A DNA stretch of 64,000 nt from Spirochaetia bacterium. Lineage in GTDB: Bacteria > Spirochaetota > Spirochaetia > UBA9216. The translations under genes were made by a program, and so were the position numbers. Of this stretch, positions 1-10,921 are shown in pieces (position 1 is the first letter of the stretch; the number at the start of each line of letters is the position of its first letter). The notes beneath the pieces were generated by a model. That model had not been told where the DNA came from, searched no databases, and was given only the letters and a program-made list of their open reading frames with translations. Location of the stretch: NCBI GenBank assembly GCA_965140585.1, contig OZ223269.1, positions 864,001-928,000 of the forward strand, read 5' to 3'.

Positions 1-882
1 GTAAAAAAATCTGACAAGCTTGAAGTTCTTGATAAAATGATTTCAGAGATGCTTATTTCACAGGCTGCTGAAGACAGCGGATTAAAAGCCGAAGAGAATG
101 AGATTAATGAAACCATTCAGACACAGAAAACTCAGCTTGAACAGCAGAATAACGCTAAAATTTCAGATCAGCAGTTTAAAAGCATGATCGAATCACAGAC
201 CGGTTATTCATGGGATAAATACAAAAGGCAGATAGCTGAGCAGATCGTTCTGCAGAAATACATTGCCAGGGAAAAACAGGAAGAAATCAATGCTTCAATG
301 ACTCTTCCTAGTTCAGATGATATTGAGAAATTATATAACTCTGAAATAAGTTCTTTCGTTCAAAGTAAAACAGTAAGATACAGCCAGGTTTATATAAGCA
401 CCTTAAACTTATCAGGAAGTGAACTTGAAGCAGCAGAAAAAAAAGCTAATGATGCATACCGGAAATATGTAAACGGCACTGCGACATTTGAAAAAATAGT
501 TAATGACTACACAGAAGATCAGACTTCCAAATATAAGAATGGGGATACCGGTTACATTACTTTGAATGATCCTAATGCCAGAGCATATCTTGGCAGCGGA
601 TTTATGGATGCCTTGTTCAGTACTCCTTTGGGTGAAGTCAAAGGTGTTATTAAATCAAATATTGGATTCCATATTATCAAAATAACTGAGTACTATAAGG
701 AAAGACTTCTAGGTCTTGATGATCCCATGCATCCCTCAACTAAGAAGACGGTAAGGGATTATATAGCTGAAAAATATATTGCATCAATGCAGAATGCCGC
801 CTTGAACAAAGCCCTTGAAGGCCTTGTTGAAGAGCTGAAAAAGAAAGCAGAAATTACAATATATGAGGAAAATATAAACTGA
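1..882 (+). CDS. SurA/PrsA-like parvulin-type peptidyl-prolyl isomerase/chaperone (5' end outside window)
   Basis: Frame open from base 1; SurA-N-like helical region followed by rotamase motifs (GDTGYI, KSNIGFHIIKI). Confidence 0.8.
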   Translation, partial: VKKSDKLEVLDKMISEMLISQAAEDSGLKAEENEINETIQTQKTQLEQQNNAKISDQQFKSMIESQTGYSWDKYKRQIAEQIVLQKYIAREKQEEINASMTLPSSDDIEKLYNSEISSFVQSKTVRYSQVYISTLNLSGSELEAAEKKANDAYRKYVNGTATFEKIVNDYTEDQTSKYKNGDTGYITLNDPNARAYLGSGFMDALFSTPLGEVKGVIKSNIGFHIIKITEYYKERLLGLDDPMHPSTKKTVRDYIAEKYIASMQNAALNKALEGLVEELKKKAEITIYEENIN

Positions 883-1298
883 TGGGAACCCGCAGAAAAG
901 GACGGGTAATAGCTTTTCAATCAATCTTCAGCTGGCAGTTGTCTGAGACGGATCCTGCCGGACTGATAGAGTTTGAATGGCTTGATATGGAAAAGAATGA
1001 AAGGAATCAGGCAGCAATTGATTTCGCCCGTCTATTAATTTCCGGAACAATTGAAAATATCGAAAGTGTCGATAACAAGATCAAAGAGCATCTTGTTAAC
1101 TGGGATTTTAACCGTCTATCGAAAGTTGATCTGGCCATACTCAGAATCAGTGTTTACAGCCTGCTTTACCGAAAAGAAATTCCATCTTCGGTAACTATTG
1201 ATGAAGCAGTTGACATTGCCAAACAGTACGGCAGTGATGAATCTTATAAGTTTGTAAACGGAGTTCTGGACAGTATCAATAAAGAGAATGAAGACTGA
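882..1298 (+). CDS. nusB: Transcription antitermination factor NusB
   Basis: RRKGR N-terminus; W..RL..VDLAILR; IDEAVDIAKQYG...KFVNGVLD. Confidence 0.96.
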   Translation: MGTRRKGRVIAFQSIFSWQLSETDPAGLIEFEWLDMEKNERNQAAIDFARLLISGTIENIESVDNKIKEHLVNWDFNRLSKVDLAILRISVYSLLYRKEIPSSVTIDEAVDIAKQYGSDESYKFVNGVLDSINKENED

Positions 1299-2928
1299 AA
1301 AGTTATTATATGTTATTCTTGCGGCTCTTGTTTTAACTGCTTCAGTACTGGCAGTTATCGTAGTAATTGAATTAAAATCAAATGCAGAGAATGATATAAC
1401 TAATTTAATTAAAGAGGTCGACCTTAATCTGGCTTCAGGTTTTTATTCTGAAGCACAGAATCTTCTTCTCGATTATTCCGGGCAGGTAAAAACTTCAAAA
1501 CAAGGTTTGAGTGCATTAAAAAGAGCAGATGTAATTTACCGGAATACTTCTGATCTTAATTTTTATAAGAAACTTGCTGCAAACTTAAATAATAAATTTC
1601 CCAATAACATAGATATTAAGGCTGTTCTTGCCTTTATAGATACTAAATTAAATTATGAAAAAAGCATCCCTGAACAGTATCTTCAAGACCTCAAATATTC
1701 CGGATTTTATGAACTTTACTTGATTGCTAATTTAGACAATCCGGAAAATCTGAATGATAAAAAACTAAAGAAGAAACTTACTCAATGGCAGAATTTGCTT
1801 CTGTATTCAGAAATAGAAGAAATTTCTGATGAAGATTTGGCTGATTCCGGTCTTTTGAAGTATGACAGAAAAATCCAGCTTGATATTGCTTTGCTCAAGG
1901 CACAATCAGGCGATTTTCAATCCGCCGCATCTTATCTATATGATATTGAAGAAACATATTTCACAGAAGTAAGAACTTTTCTTGCATACGATATGGGAGA
2001 TTTTAATAAAGCAGCCGCCCTGATTAACGAGATGAAAAGTGATGATCCGTTTTACTCTTCAGATAAAATGCAGCTGTTTAAAGCAGATATTTACATGCAA
2101 TCAGGAATGAAGGATAAGGCATCAGCTATTTATCGTCAGATAATAGATAGTTCGCCCGATTATTCGGCAGTACCGTATTATAATCTCTATAAAATGAATA
2201 AATCAGGAACCGGTTTTGAGTATATGAAACAGGGACTTAAATACTTTCCTGATGATAAGCAGCTTCTTGTTGAAGCTCTGAAATCACCTGAATACAAAGG
2301 AAATGTAACTGAGGTATCCGAAATTACAGCACAGCTGATGGCCTTGTATTCTAACGATCCTGAAATACAGCTTATGTATCTTATTAACAGCTATAGAGGC
2401 CGAGCAGTAGAATTTATTACAGGTAATTTATGGAATATATATAATATTGATAAGGGTAATGAAAAAGTCTTTATTTATTTTTATAATTTTTTAATGAAAA
2501 TAAGAAACTTCACAGAAGCATCAGTCCTTGTTGATTCGTTCTCTAAAAATTACCGCCCATCCTCAGAGAATGTATACCTCAATTATAAAGCTGTTCTGGA
2601 TATATTGACCGGTGATTATTCAGGTGCTTATTCGATTGTTGATAATATCAGCAGCCGCGATGCTTTAAGTATGTATAATAGGGCGGTTATACAAGCCTTA
2701 AACGGAGATAATTCCGCTGCGATTGAAAATTTAAAATATGCCTCAACTTTAAAGAATTTGGATAAAGATAATCTTATTAAAATTTACTTTAAAACAGCTG
2801 AAACATATTATAATCTTAATGAAACAGAGAATGCTTTGAAGCAGCTCGACTATATCGAAAAACTTGATAGAAGCTACCTGAAAGCGGATCTGTTAAAAAA
2901 TAAAATAGAGACGGAATATTATGATTAG
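1288..2928 (+). CDS. Membrane-anchored tetratricopeptide-repeat protein
   Basis: N-terminal hydrophobic helix; TPR-like helices (YNRAVIQALNGD..AAIENLKYA). Confidence 0.7.
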   Translation: MKTEKLLYVILAALVLTASVLAVIVVIELKSNAENDITNLIKEVDLNLASGFYSEAQNLLLDYSGQVKTSKQGLSALKRADVIYRNTSDLNFYKKLAANLNNKFPNNIDIKAVLAFIDTKLNYEKSIPEQYLQDLKYSGFYELYLIANLDNPENLNDKKLKKKLTQWQNLLLYSEIEEISDEDLADSGLLKYDRKIQLDIALLKAQSGDFQSAASYLYDIEETYFTEVRTFLAYDMGDFNKAAALINEMKSDDPFYSSDKMQLFKADIYMQSGMKDKASAIYRQIIDSSPDYSAVPYYNLYKMNKSGTGFEYMKQGLKYFPDDKQLLVEALKSPEYKGNVTEVSEITAQLMALYSNDPEIQLMYLINSYRGRAVEFITGNLWNIYNIDKGNEKVFIYFYNFLMKIRNFTEASVLVDSFSKNYRPSSENVYLNYKAVLDILTGDYSGAYSIVDNISSRDALSMYNRAVIQALNGDNSAAIENLKYASTLKNLDKDNLIKIYFKTAETYYNLNETENALKQLDYIEKLDRSYLKADLLKNKIETEYYD

Positions 2929-3670
2929 ATTAAAGAATGATGAACAGATAAACAGGATTAGAGAGTCCTGTAAAATGCTTGCAGAGGTATATAAAATTAT
3001 ACAGGAAGCCGTTGTTGATGGTATTACAACCAAAGAAATAGACAGTCTCTGTTACAGTGAAATCACTAAAAGAGGTGCAATCCCCGCATTTTTAAATTAT
3101 CAGGGTTTTCCTGCTTCAATCTGTATAAGTGTAAATGAAGAAGTGATTCATGGAATTCCCGGTAAACGAAGACTGAAAAAAGGTGATGTAGTAAGTCTTG
3201 ATCTTGGAATAGATCTTAAAGGCTTCATATCTGATGCAGCAATAACTCTCCCGGTCGGAAATGTGACTCCTGATGCGGAAAAACTTATGGAAACCACACG
3301 TAATGCGCTTTATAAGGGGATTGATGCCTGCAAAGCCGGTGGAAGAATAAAAGATATTTCCGGTGCTGTTTTCAATGTAGCTAAAAATCAGGGATACGGT
3401 GTTGTACGTGAATTTTGCGGACATGGTGTTGGCCTGGGACTGCATGAATCACCGCAGATTCCTAATTATGTGCATCCGGGACCAAATCCTAGAATTAAAA
3501 AAGGAATGGTACTCGCTATTGAACCGATGATTAATCTCGGCGGAGATGAAATAGAAATACTCGAGGATGAATGGACTGTAATTACATCAGATCATAGTAT
3601 TTCAGCTCATTTTGAACATACTGTTGCAGTATTCGAAGATCATACAGAAATACTTACTATTGCAGATTAA
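2921..3670 (+). CDS. map: Type I methionine aminopeptidase
   Basis: CISVNEEVIHGIP, GHGVG..LHESP, AIEPM, SAHFEHT motifs. Confidence 0.97.
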   Translation: MIRLKNDEQINRIRESCKMLAEVYKIIQEAVVDGITTKEIDSLCYSEITKRGAIPAFLNYQGFPASICISVNEEVIHGIPGKRRLKKGDVVSLDLGIDLKGFISDAAITLPVGNVTPDAEKLMETTRNALYKGIDACKAGGRIKDISGAVFNVAKNQGYGVVREFCGHGVGLGLHESPQIPNYVHPGPNPRIKKGMVLAIEPMINLGGDEIEILEDEWTVITSDHSISAHFEHTVAVFEDHTEILTIAD

Positions 3671-3682
3671 AACGGAGTTTAA

Positions 3683-5140
3683 ATGTCCGCAAATAAATAT
3701 AAGAGCAAAATTTTAACACTGATATTCGTGTTTATCGCTGTATTCGCCGGTACAGTTGCTGGCAATTATTTATCTGGCAGAAGTTTTTTTAAACCTGCTG
3801 AGGTTAAAGCTTCAAAAACAGATTTGATCGATATGCAGTATACCTTCAGGGCCGTATCTGAAAAAGTGCTTCCCGTTGTAGTGGAAATAACTACAACTGA
3901 AGTGATTCAGCAGGAAATGCCGGAAGGCTATACCTGGCCTTTTAATTTTATTGAACCCGATGATGACACCGGTGATGAAGCCCCGAGGATTGAAGAATTT
4001 GAATCTGAAGGTCTGGGGTCCGGAGTTATTGTCGGCCGCGATGTAAATACATATTACGTTTTAACCAATAATCATGTGATCGGGCAGGCAGACAGTATTT
4101 CTGTAAAACTATACAAAGGTGAAAGCTATACGGCCGAAATTGTTGGTCGCGATGAAAGAAAAGATCTTGCAATGGTTTCTTTTGTTAATGAGAATGACCT
4201 TGATGTGGCTGTCCTGGGCGATTCTGATGAACTTAGAGTTGGAGACTGGGTACTTGCAGTTGGTAATCCTCTTGGCTATGAATCGACTGTAACTGCCGGT
4301 ATTGTAAGTGCCATCGGCAGAAACGGACCTTCTGATAATATCAGTGATTTTATTCAGACAGATGCTTCAATTAACCAGGGAAACTCCGGCGGAGCTCTAG
4401 TAAATCTTGATGGTGAGGTCGTCGGTATCAATACCTGGATTGCTACTCCGAATGGTGTGAGTATTGGTCTAGGATTCGCAATACCTGTTGATAATGTTAA
4501 AAACGCTGTAGATGACTTTATTGAATCAGGTGAAGTCAAATATGGATGGCTTGGTGTAAGTATAACAAATCCGGATGAGCAGACAGCAAAAGATCTCAAA
4601 ATTGAAGGTCAAACAGGGGCACTCATATATAATCTTTATGAAGACAGCCCTGCCGACAAGGCCGGATTGCTTCCGGGTGATTTTATAATAGCACTTGATA
4701 ATACTGAAATTCATGATTATATGCAGTTCACAAGGCTGGTGGGTGATGTTCGTGCAGGGGCAAAGATTGATATCAAATTGATCAGACAAGGGAAAACAAT
4801 TAAAATTCCGGTTACTATCGGGAATAGGGCTGACCGTGCCGAATTGACGTCTTTATATGGTAAAATCTGGCCGGGACTTTCAGGCCGGACACTTGATGAA
4901 GCTCTTAAAAAAGAAGCAGGTCTTGCTGAGTCTTTACATGGAGTAATTATTGCCGTAGAACCTAAAACTCGGGCAGCCGAATCGGGGCTCAAGGATTATG
5001 ACATAATCACTGAAATTGGCGGCGTGAAAATTAATAATATGATGGATTTTTTCACTGCTCTTAACGATAAAAAGAACAGCAGCTATTTAATAAAAGTTCT
5101 AAGAAACAGTAAGCAGGTCGAAATAGAACTTATACGCTAG
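3683..5140 (+). CDS. htrA: Do/HtrA family serine protease with two PDZ domains
   Basis: GSGVI, TNNHV, IQTDASINQGNSGGAL catalytic motifs; two C-terminal PDZ-like domains; N-terminal TM. Confidence 0.93.
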   Translation: MSANKYKSKILTLIFVFIAVFAGTVAGNYLSGRSFFKPAEVKASKTDLIDMQYTFRAVSEKVLPVVVEITTTEVIQQEMPEGYTWPFNFIEPDDDTGDEAPRIEEFESEGLGSGVIVGRDVNTYYVLTNNHVIGQADSISVKLYKGESYTAEIVGRDERKDLAMVSFVNENDLDVAVLGDSDELRVGDWVLAVGNPLGYESTVTAGIVSAIGRNGPSDNISDFIQTDASINQGNSGGALVNLDGEVVGINTWIATPNGVSIGLGFAIPVDNVKNAVDDFIESGEVKYGWLGVSITNPDEQTAKDLKIEGQTGALIYNLYEDSPADKAGLLPGDFIIALDNTEIHDYMQFTRLVGDVRAGAKIDIKLIRQGKTIKIPVTIGNRADRAELTSLYGKIWPGLSGRTLDEALKKEAGLAESLHGVIIAVEPKTRAAESGLKDYDIITEIGGVKINNMMDFFTALNDKKNSSYLIKVLRNSKQVEIELIR

Positions 5141-5143
5141 AGG

Positions 5144-5758
5144 ATGGGGATTATGTCCAAAAACTTTCTTGAATACAACATGGTTAGAAATAACGCAATA
5201 AAACTCGCACATAGAATTCATAAAGATGGATTTATTCCTGATGTTATATATGTTTCACTGAGAGGTGGAGCATATATAGGAAATCTGATCAGCGAGTATT
5301 TTAAAGTTGTACGAGCCGACAGTCCTGTTCTATATGCTGCTGTTGTTGCACGTTCATATACTGATATACACAATCATGATGAAGTTCGAATTGACGGGTG
5401 GACTTACAACCCTGAATATTTAAGACAGGGAGATAAAATTCTGTTGGTTGATGACATCTATGATTCAGGAAAAACAATTAACTTTCTTGCAGATAAAATA
5501 CTACAGAGAGGCGTGCCGCGCAAAGACCTTAAAATTGCTGTTCATGATTATAAATTTTTTGAATACAAACCTGAACAGAATGAATTTCAGCCTGATTATT
5601 ACTGCAGGAAGCATGTAATTAAAAAACCTGATGAAGATCTGTGGATACATTATATGAGTCATGAACTGATCGGGCTTAAACATGAAGAACTCGAAAAGTA
5701 TTATTTTAACAACGATGAAGAGCTTAGAGAGGCACTGGATATTTTTGAAAAAAAATAA
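5144..5758 (+). CDS. Type I phosphoribosyltransferase (probably purine salvage)
   Basis: LRGG loop and PRPP-binding motif ILLVDDIYDSGKT. Confidence 0.85.
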   Translation: MGIMSKNFLEYNMVRNNAIKLAHRIHKDGFIPDVIYVSLRGGAYIGNLISEYFKVVRADSPVLYAAVVARSYTDIHNHDEVRIDGWTYNPEYLRQGDKILLVDDIYDSGKTINFLADKILQRGVPRKDLKIAVHDYKFFEYKPEQNEFQPDYYCRKHVIKKPDEDLWIHYMSHELIGLKHEELEKYYFNNDEELREALDIFEKK

Positions 5759-8700
5759 ATCGGCTATTTTAGCACTGTTATATTTTTTAATCCCCCTGCT
5801 TATTTATGCACAGGCATCAGACGCATTGTCTATTGAGCCTGAACCCGGGATCTATAATCAGAATATTATAATCAGATTGAACACAGAGAGTGTTGAAGAT
5901 GTTCTGTACGGCTTTGATAACGGTGAAGAGACTGAATTCCTTCCTTTTCCCGGAGGTGTTATTCTATCAGCATTACCCGGTGAAGAACGTGATTACCGGA
6001 TAGTTTTAAATTATGATAATAAAACACTTACCTTTGATTATAAAATTGACAGGAAAGTGCCGGGTAAACCTGAAATTAGAGTCGAGAATGATTTTGAAAC
6101 AGGACAAAAGAAAATTTATTTTAAAAGTGAAGCCGGATGTGAAACATTTTACGGATTCGATAATATAAAAAATCCCGATCCGGTAAAAGTTGAAGGCGAT
6201 TATGTCACAGCCTCTGATTCAACGATTGTTTATGCTTTCACACTGGATAGTGCAGGAAATTCCAGCGATTATTCCATATTTAAAATTGATGAAGACACCA
6301 TTCGCAGAAAAGTTAATCTGATTGATATAAAAAGTCCTGTGGAAGGTGAATTTGCAAATACTCAGCTGCTTTTTATTGATAAAACAGGTTTTGACTGGAT
6401 TAAATATACTCTTAATATGAATGATCCTGTTGAAGACGGCATCGAATACTATATGCCTGTAGAAATAAGGCGCTATGGTAATATTACTCTTAAAGTAGCA
6501 GGAAAACTTCAGGGCTCTGAAAAAATACTTTATGACGAAGTAAACTACAGGGTTACAACAAGGGCTCCTCTTAAAAATATACCTGAAAGCGGTATATATT
6601 CATCCGCAATAAGAATATTGAATGAGTTTGAAACTTATAAGTACTGTATTGAAGAAAGAAGCCCGGATGAAAAAGATCTGGATTTCAACCATGAACTTTT
6701 ATTGAATCCAGTTGCCGGCGGTGTTAAATATTCAACTCTCAGACTTCGGAATGTAAACGATGCCGAGCAGAGTGAATTCAGGTATTTTTATATTTTTGAT
6801 GATCGTAAACCTGCAAATCCGATTATTCAGCTTAATCAGAACCTTCCGTTTAGCAATAAAGTTGAAGTATCGATGTTCGGTCCGGATTACTCAAATATCT
6901 ATTATACCCTTGACGGTTCCAATCCCGGTTCGGGGTCAACTGAATATACTAAACCTTTTACACTGTCTGCACCTGAAAACCGAAATGCCGGTTCTTTTAT
7001 CCTGAAATCGAGAACTATTTCACTGAATGGAAAATCAAGCAGGATAATCTCAAATATTATTACTTATGACTCTCAAAAACCGGAAATTCCAGTTATTGAT
7101 ATTATCCACGATGAACAGTCGAACACATATAAATTACTTGCAGAAACAGAGCCTGGCGCACAGCTTAAATACAGGATTTCTTCTAAAAATGATCTCTCTG
7201 AAATCAGTTATGATCCGGCAGTTCCTTCTGATTTCATCCTGGATGTGCCTGAAGGTTACGAGAGCGATTTTTATATTCAGTTTATACAGATAGATGAAGC
7301 AGGAAACAGGTCTGATGAGACTGAAGTATATAAAATACATGCTGACCGCAAGCCTCCTGCCAAGCCTGAACTGTTAATTGCTGATGATATAATTACTATT
7401 GATGCGGAGACCGCTGAAACATTCTATAGTTTTGAAGTGTACAGGGAAGGACTTCTGATAAGTAAAGATTCCGCACGGTATGAAGGTCCCTTCAATGTCC
7501 CTGACTTGCCCGGAAATAATTCAGTTCTTAAATTTAATATTGAATCCTTTGATTCCTTCGGGAATAAAAGCGAGCTCTCTTATTTATACATACCTGAAAC
7601 AAGTATCATACCCGGTGAACCTCTTTTTAGCAGAAATGAGACAAATCAGAATATTTACAGCGGCGATTATGTAGAGTTTAAAGTTTTCCCTCAAAATCTT
7701 AACGATGAATTATATTATTATCTTACATTGACGGATGAGGAAGGAAAAACTGCGACATCCGGACCTGTAAAAACTGCTAATAATATTAGAATTGAAGGTG
7801 AGCCTAATACTCTGCTCGAATATTATCTTGAAGTTTTTTCAAAAAATAAAAATACAGGTAAAACTTCAGATTTTAAAACATTCAGTTTTGTTATTGATAA
7901 TAAAAGTCCTGAAATTCCAGAACTTATCGGTATAAAAAATGGAATGACAGTGAATTATCAAGTAATGCTCAATCCGCTGATTGATGATAACTCAACAGTA
8001 TTTATGTCTTTCAGAGAAGGGCAAGAGATACCGGACAGCCCTTTTGATGAGAATTCTTTTATTTTTAATAAACCCGTTGTTTTCGATGTTGATGCCGGAG
8101 GAGAAAAGACATTTAATATTGTCATAGGAGCTGAAGATGCTGCAGGTAACCGAAGCATCAATGACGAGTTGTTCAGTTTTACAATCGATAAAAAGGTTCC
8201 GGATAATAGCTCAATACTGACTGAATCAATATACGACTTTACTGATTCATTTGTGATTTCTGCATATAATCCGGACGGCTCAAGGAAATATTATTATGAA
8301 ATAACCGAGAGTCCGGAAATTCCTGTTGAACCGGGTATAGGTTCAAAATTCTTTACAGATAATCTTATTGTAAACGGGGAACCTGGCATTGAAAAAAATC
8401 TTTATGTCAAAATAAAAACGGCAGACTCTGCCGGTAATCTCAGCAGTAATACAAAGTTTTTAAGTTTTAATATTGATCAAAAAAAACCACTTAATGACAT
8501 CTCACCATTTATTGAATTCAACCGCAGTAAGTCACGTATTCTGTTGGGATGGAATAACGGAACAGATTCTTTGAAATTCAGAATACCTGAATTATCTGCA
8601 GAGTTTACAGATTTTATATACCCAAAAACATTTAAATTCGATAAGGATCTTGAAAGTATTCATATTGAGTATTTGAAAACCGATTCTGGCGGGAATTCCA

Positions 8701-10826
8701 GCGACATTCGAAGTCAGAATATATTTCTGCCTTTTAATAACGAGGGTGTGATCGTAAATGGAATTGAAAATAATGCTTCATATAACAGTGATGTTAATGC
8801 AAGGCGTGCAGTAGACGGAGCGTTCATACGTTACGAAATTTCTACTGAAGATTTCAACGTGCCTGAAGTTACAGTTTTCAGTCCGGAAATGCCTGATAAA
8901 CTTATTTTTAGTGCTGCTGATGGTGAAACTATTAATTATTCAGTTAAATTTAAAGAATTTCAGAATAAAGATGATATAACCGGCGGAAAACAGCAAACAG
9001 TTCGATTCAGTATTGATAAGAAATCGCCGCTTCCTCCTGGACTTTCTGGAATTGTAGATGGTGAATATTATTTAGATGATCAGACAGTCAGTTTTGAATC
9101 CAATGAGAGAAAAATATTTTACTCAATTACTGATATAAACTCTTCTTCTGAAGAATTCAGTCTGTTTACTAAACCTATACGTATTGCTTCTGAATCCGGA
9201 ACATATGCAACCTATATGATTATGGCCTTTAGTGAAGACAGTGCCGGTAATAGATCAAATACAGCAGTATGGTCAATCACAATTGATAAAGAGATTATCT
9301 ATGTATCTCCGGACGGTAAAGACTATGCCAGCGGTACCAGGAGTAATCCTTTTAAAACTTTAAACAGGGCAGTTGAACAGCTTAAAAACTCTGACAGAAA
9401 AACTATATTCCTTGCTGAAGGTAAATATACTCTTAATTCTTCAGTAATTATCGATGAAAATATTTCAATATACGGTGGTTTTAAAAGTAATAACTGGTTT
9501 GAACAAAAAGGCACAAGCCTCATTGAGACAGGTGATGTATTTATCGGTTCCAATCCTCTGTTTTATGTTTACGGCGGTACTTTAAATTTAAGAAAAATCA
9601 GAACTGAAAATATTGAGCAGTTAACTGATTCTGTCTTTTTTCTAAATAAGGGAACATTGAATTTTACCGACTGTGAATTTAAAACTACTTCAGTTAAACT
9701 GTCATCTTTTATAAGACAGTTCTACGGTGAAGTTAACATTATAAACTCCTCAATAACAGCACCTGCACAGAAGGACAGTATAATTGATTCATCAGACGGA
9801 TTACTGAAAATTGTAAACAGCAGTATAAGCGGTGGAAGTGATAGTAATAATTTTGATATTATAAAGATCAATAACACTGGAAATTTTGTATTAAGTTCTT
9901 CAAAAATTACTGCAGAGAGCGGTAAAAACCTGAATTGTATAAAATCTTATTCCAGTTTTATTAATCTGCGTTCTGCAGAATTTAATATTCTCTCTTCAGA
10001 TGTCTCTGCTTCGGTAATCAATGCGGAAAATTCTAATTTAACAGCAACATACATTAAAGTAAAAAGCCAGCCAGAAGTACGACTATTCAATATAGTTGAA
10101 GCAGTTGACTCAAGTATTGAACTTATTGCCTCAACTATTGTAACCGACGCAGGAAACAGTATTGTAGGATTTAAATTGACAGGCGGGCAGTCAAAGTTTA
10201 ACAGAAATACTTTAAAAACCGGAAACAGTGTATCTGATTTTGTGTATCTTTTTAATTTAAATCAGGGAAGACATCGTTTTGAAACCAATATATTTGACAT
10301 TGGCGATACTGATAATGTTTTAGCCTTTAAAAATATTGAATCGGAAATTGAAGTTTTCAATAATACTTTTGTTCTAAACTCTTTTGATGCTGAAATACTG
10401 TTTGATGAGTCTGTTAACAGTAATATAAAATATATCAATAATATTTTTGATATAGAACAGCCGGAGAGTTCCGGTATTTTTATAAATAATTTTAGTGATA
10501 ATCATTTCTCGATAAAAAATAACTGCTTTAACGGTTGGTCAGTGTTTACTTCCGGTTTAAATCCAGCTGTAAATCTTATCGAACTGGACCTTCTGGACGG
10601 ATCATTCTCAAGCGGAAATATTTCCGGAAATATAAGTACAGATATAATTTTCAATGAAGATGGAAAATATCGGCTTAATCCGGAATCACCATGTATTGAT
10701 TCCGGTTATAATCTGGAAAATCTTCTAAATAACAAAACTGATATTGATGGTGAATCAAGACCTAACAGGGTACTTGGATTAAACCCGGTATATGATATCG
10801 GTGCTGATGAATATTACGATTATTAA
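5745..10826 (+). CDS. Large secreted protein with tandem FN3/Ig-like (chitobiase C-terminal-like) modules and a C-terminal DUF1565/beta-helix region
   Basis: Signal peptide after probable TTG start at 5745 (ORF track starts at 5682); IYYTLDGSNP motif; repeated D.AGN.S module ends; IYVSPDG.D...GT...PFKT; terminal DIDGE.RP...DIGADEY. Confidence 0.75.
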   Translation: MKKNKSAILALLYFLIPLLIYAQASDALSIEPEPGIYNQNIIIRLNTESVEDVLYGFDNGEETEFLPFPGGVILSALPGEERDYRIVLNYDNKTLTFDYKIDRKVPGKPEIRVENDFETGQKKIYFKSEAGCETFYGFDNIKNPDPVKVEGDYVTASDSTIVYAFTLDSAGNSSDYSIFKIDEDTIRRKVNLIDIKSPVEGEFANTQLLFIDKTGFDWIKYTLNMNDPVEDGIEYYMPVEIRRYGNITLKVAGKLQGSEKILYDEVNYRVTTRAPLKNIPESGIYSSAIRILNEFETYKYCIEERSPDEKDLDFNHELLLNPVAGGVKYSTLRLRNVNDAEQSEFRYFYIFDDRKPANPIIQLNQNLPFSNKVEVSMFGPDYSNIYYTLDGSNPGSGSTEYTKPFTLSAPENRNAGSFILKSRTISLNGKSSRIISNIITYDSQKPEIPVIDIIHDEQSNTYKLLAETEPGAQLKYRISSKNDLSEISYDPAVPSDFILDVPEGYESDFYIQFIQIDEAGNRSDETEVYKIHADRKPPAKPELLIADDIITIDAETAETFYSFEVYREGLLISKDSARYEGPFNVPDLPGNNSVLKFNIESFDSFGNKSELSYLYIPETSIIPGEPLFSRNETNQNIYSGDYVEFKVFPQNLNDELYYYLTLTDEEGKTATSGPVKTANNIRIEGEPNTLLEYYLEVFSKNKNTGKTSDFKTFSFVIDNKSPEIPELIGIKNGMTVNYQVMLNPLIDDNSTVFMSFREGQEIPDSPFDENSFIFNKPVVFDVDAGGEKTFNIVIGAEDAAGNRSINDELFSFTIDKKVPDNSSILTESIYDFTDSFVISAYNPDGSRKYYYEITESPEIPVEPGIGSKFFTDNLIVNGEPGIEKNLYVKIKTADSAGNLSSNTKFLSFNIDQKKPLNDISPFIEFNRSKSRILLGWNNGTDSLKFRIPELSAEFTDFIYPKTFKFDKDLESIHIEYLKTDSGGNSSDIRSQNIFLPFNNEGVIVNGIENNASYNSDVNARRAVDGAFIRYEISTEDFNVPEVTVFSPEMPDKLIFSAADGETINYSVKFKEFQNKDDITGGKQQTVRFSIDKKSPLPPGLSGIVDGEYYLDDQTVSFESNERKIFYSITDINSSSEEFSLFTKPIRIASESGTYATYMIMAFSEDSAGNRSNTAVWSITIDKEIIYVSPDGKDYASGTRSNPFKTLNRAVEQLKNSDRKTIFLAEGKYTLNSSVIIDENISIYGGFKSNNWFEQKGTSLIETGDVFIGSNPLFYVYGGTLNLRKIRTENIEQLTDSVFFLNKGTLNFTDCEFKTTSVKLSSFIRQFYGEVNIINSSITAPAQKDSIIDSSDGLLKIVNSSISGGSDSNNFDIIKINNTGNFVLSSSKITAESGKNLNCIKSYSSFINLRSAEFNILSSDVSASVINAENSNLTATYIKVKSQPEVRLFNIVEAVDSSIELIASTIVTDAGNSIVGFKLTGGQSKFNRNTLKTGNSVSDFVYLFNLNQGRHRFETNIFDIGDTDNVLAFKNIESEIEVFNNTFVLNSFDAEILFDESVNSNIKYINNIFDIEQPESSGIFINNFSDNHFSIKNNCFNGWSVFTSGLNPAVNLIELDLLDGSFSSGNISGNISTDIIFNEDGKYRLNPESPCIDSGYNLENLLNNKTDIDGESRPNRVLGLNPVYDIGADEYYDY

Positions 10827-10830
10827 TAAA

Positions 10831-10878
10831 AAAAGTCATATCTGAAAAACCTGAATTGGTAATCAAGATATGACTTTT
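10831..10878. terminator. Probable bidirectional intrinsic terminator between convergent genes
   Basis: Perfect 13-bp inverted repeat AAAAGTCATATCT / AGATATGACTTTT with A/T tails. Confidence 0.7.
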
Positions 10879-10921
10879 CTAAAAAGCTGAATGTGCAAAA
10901 GGACGTTTTTAATAATCTATA

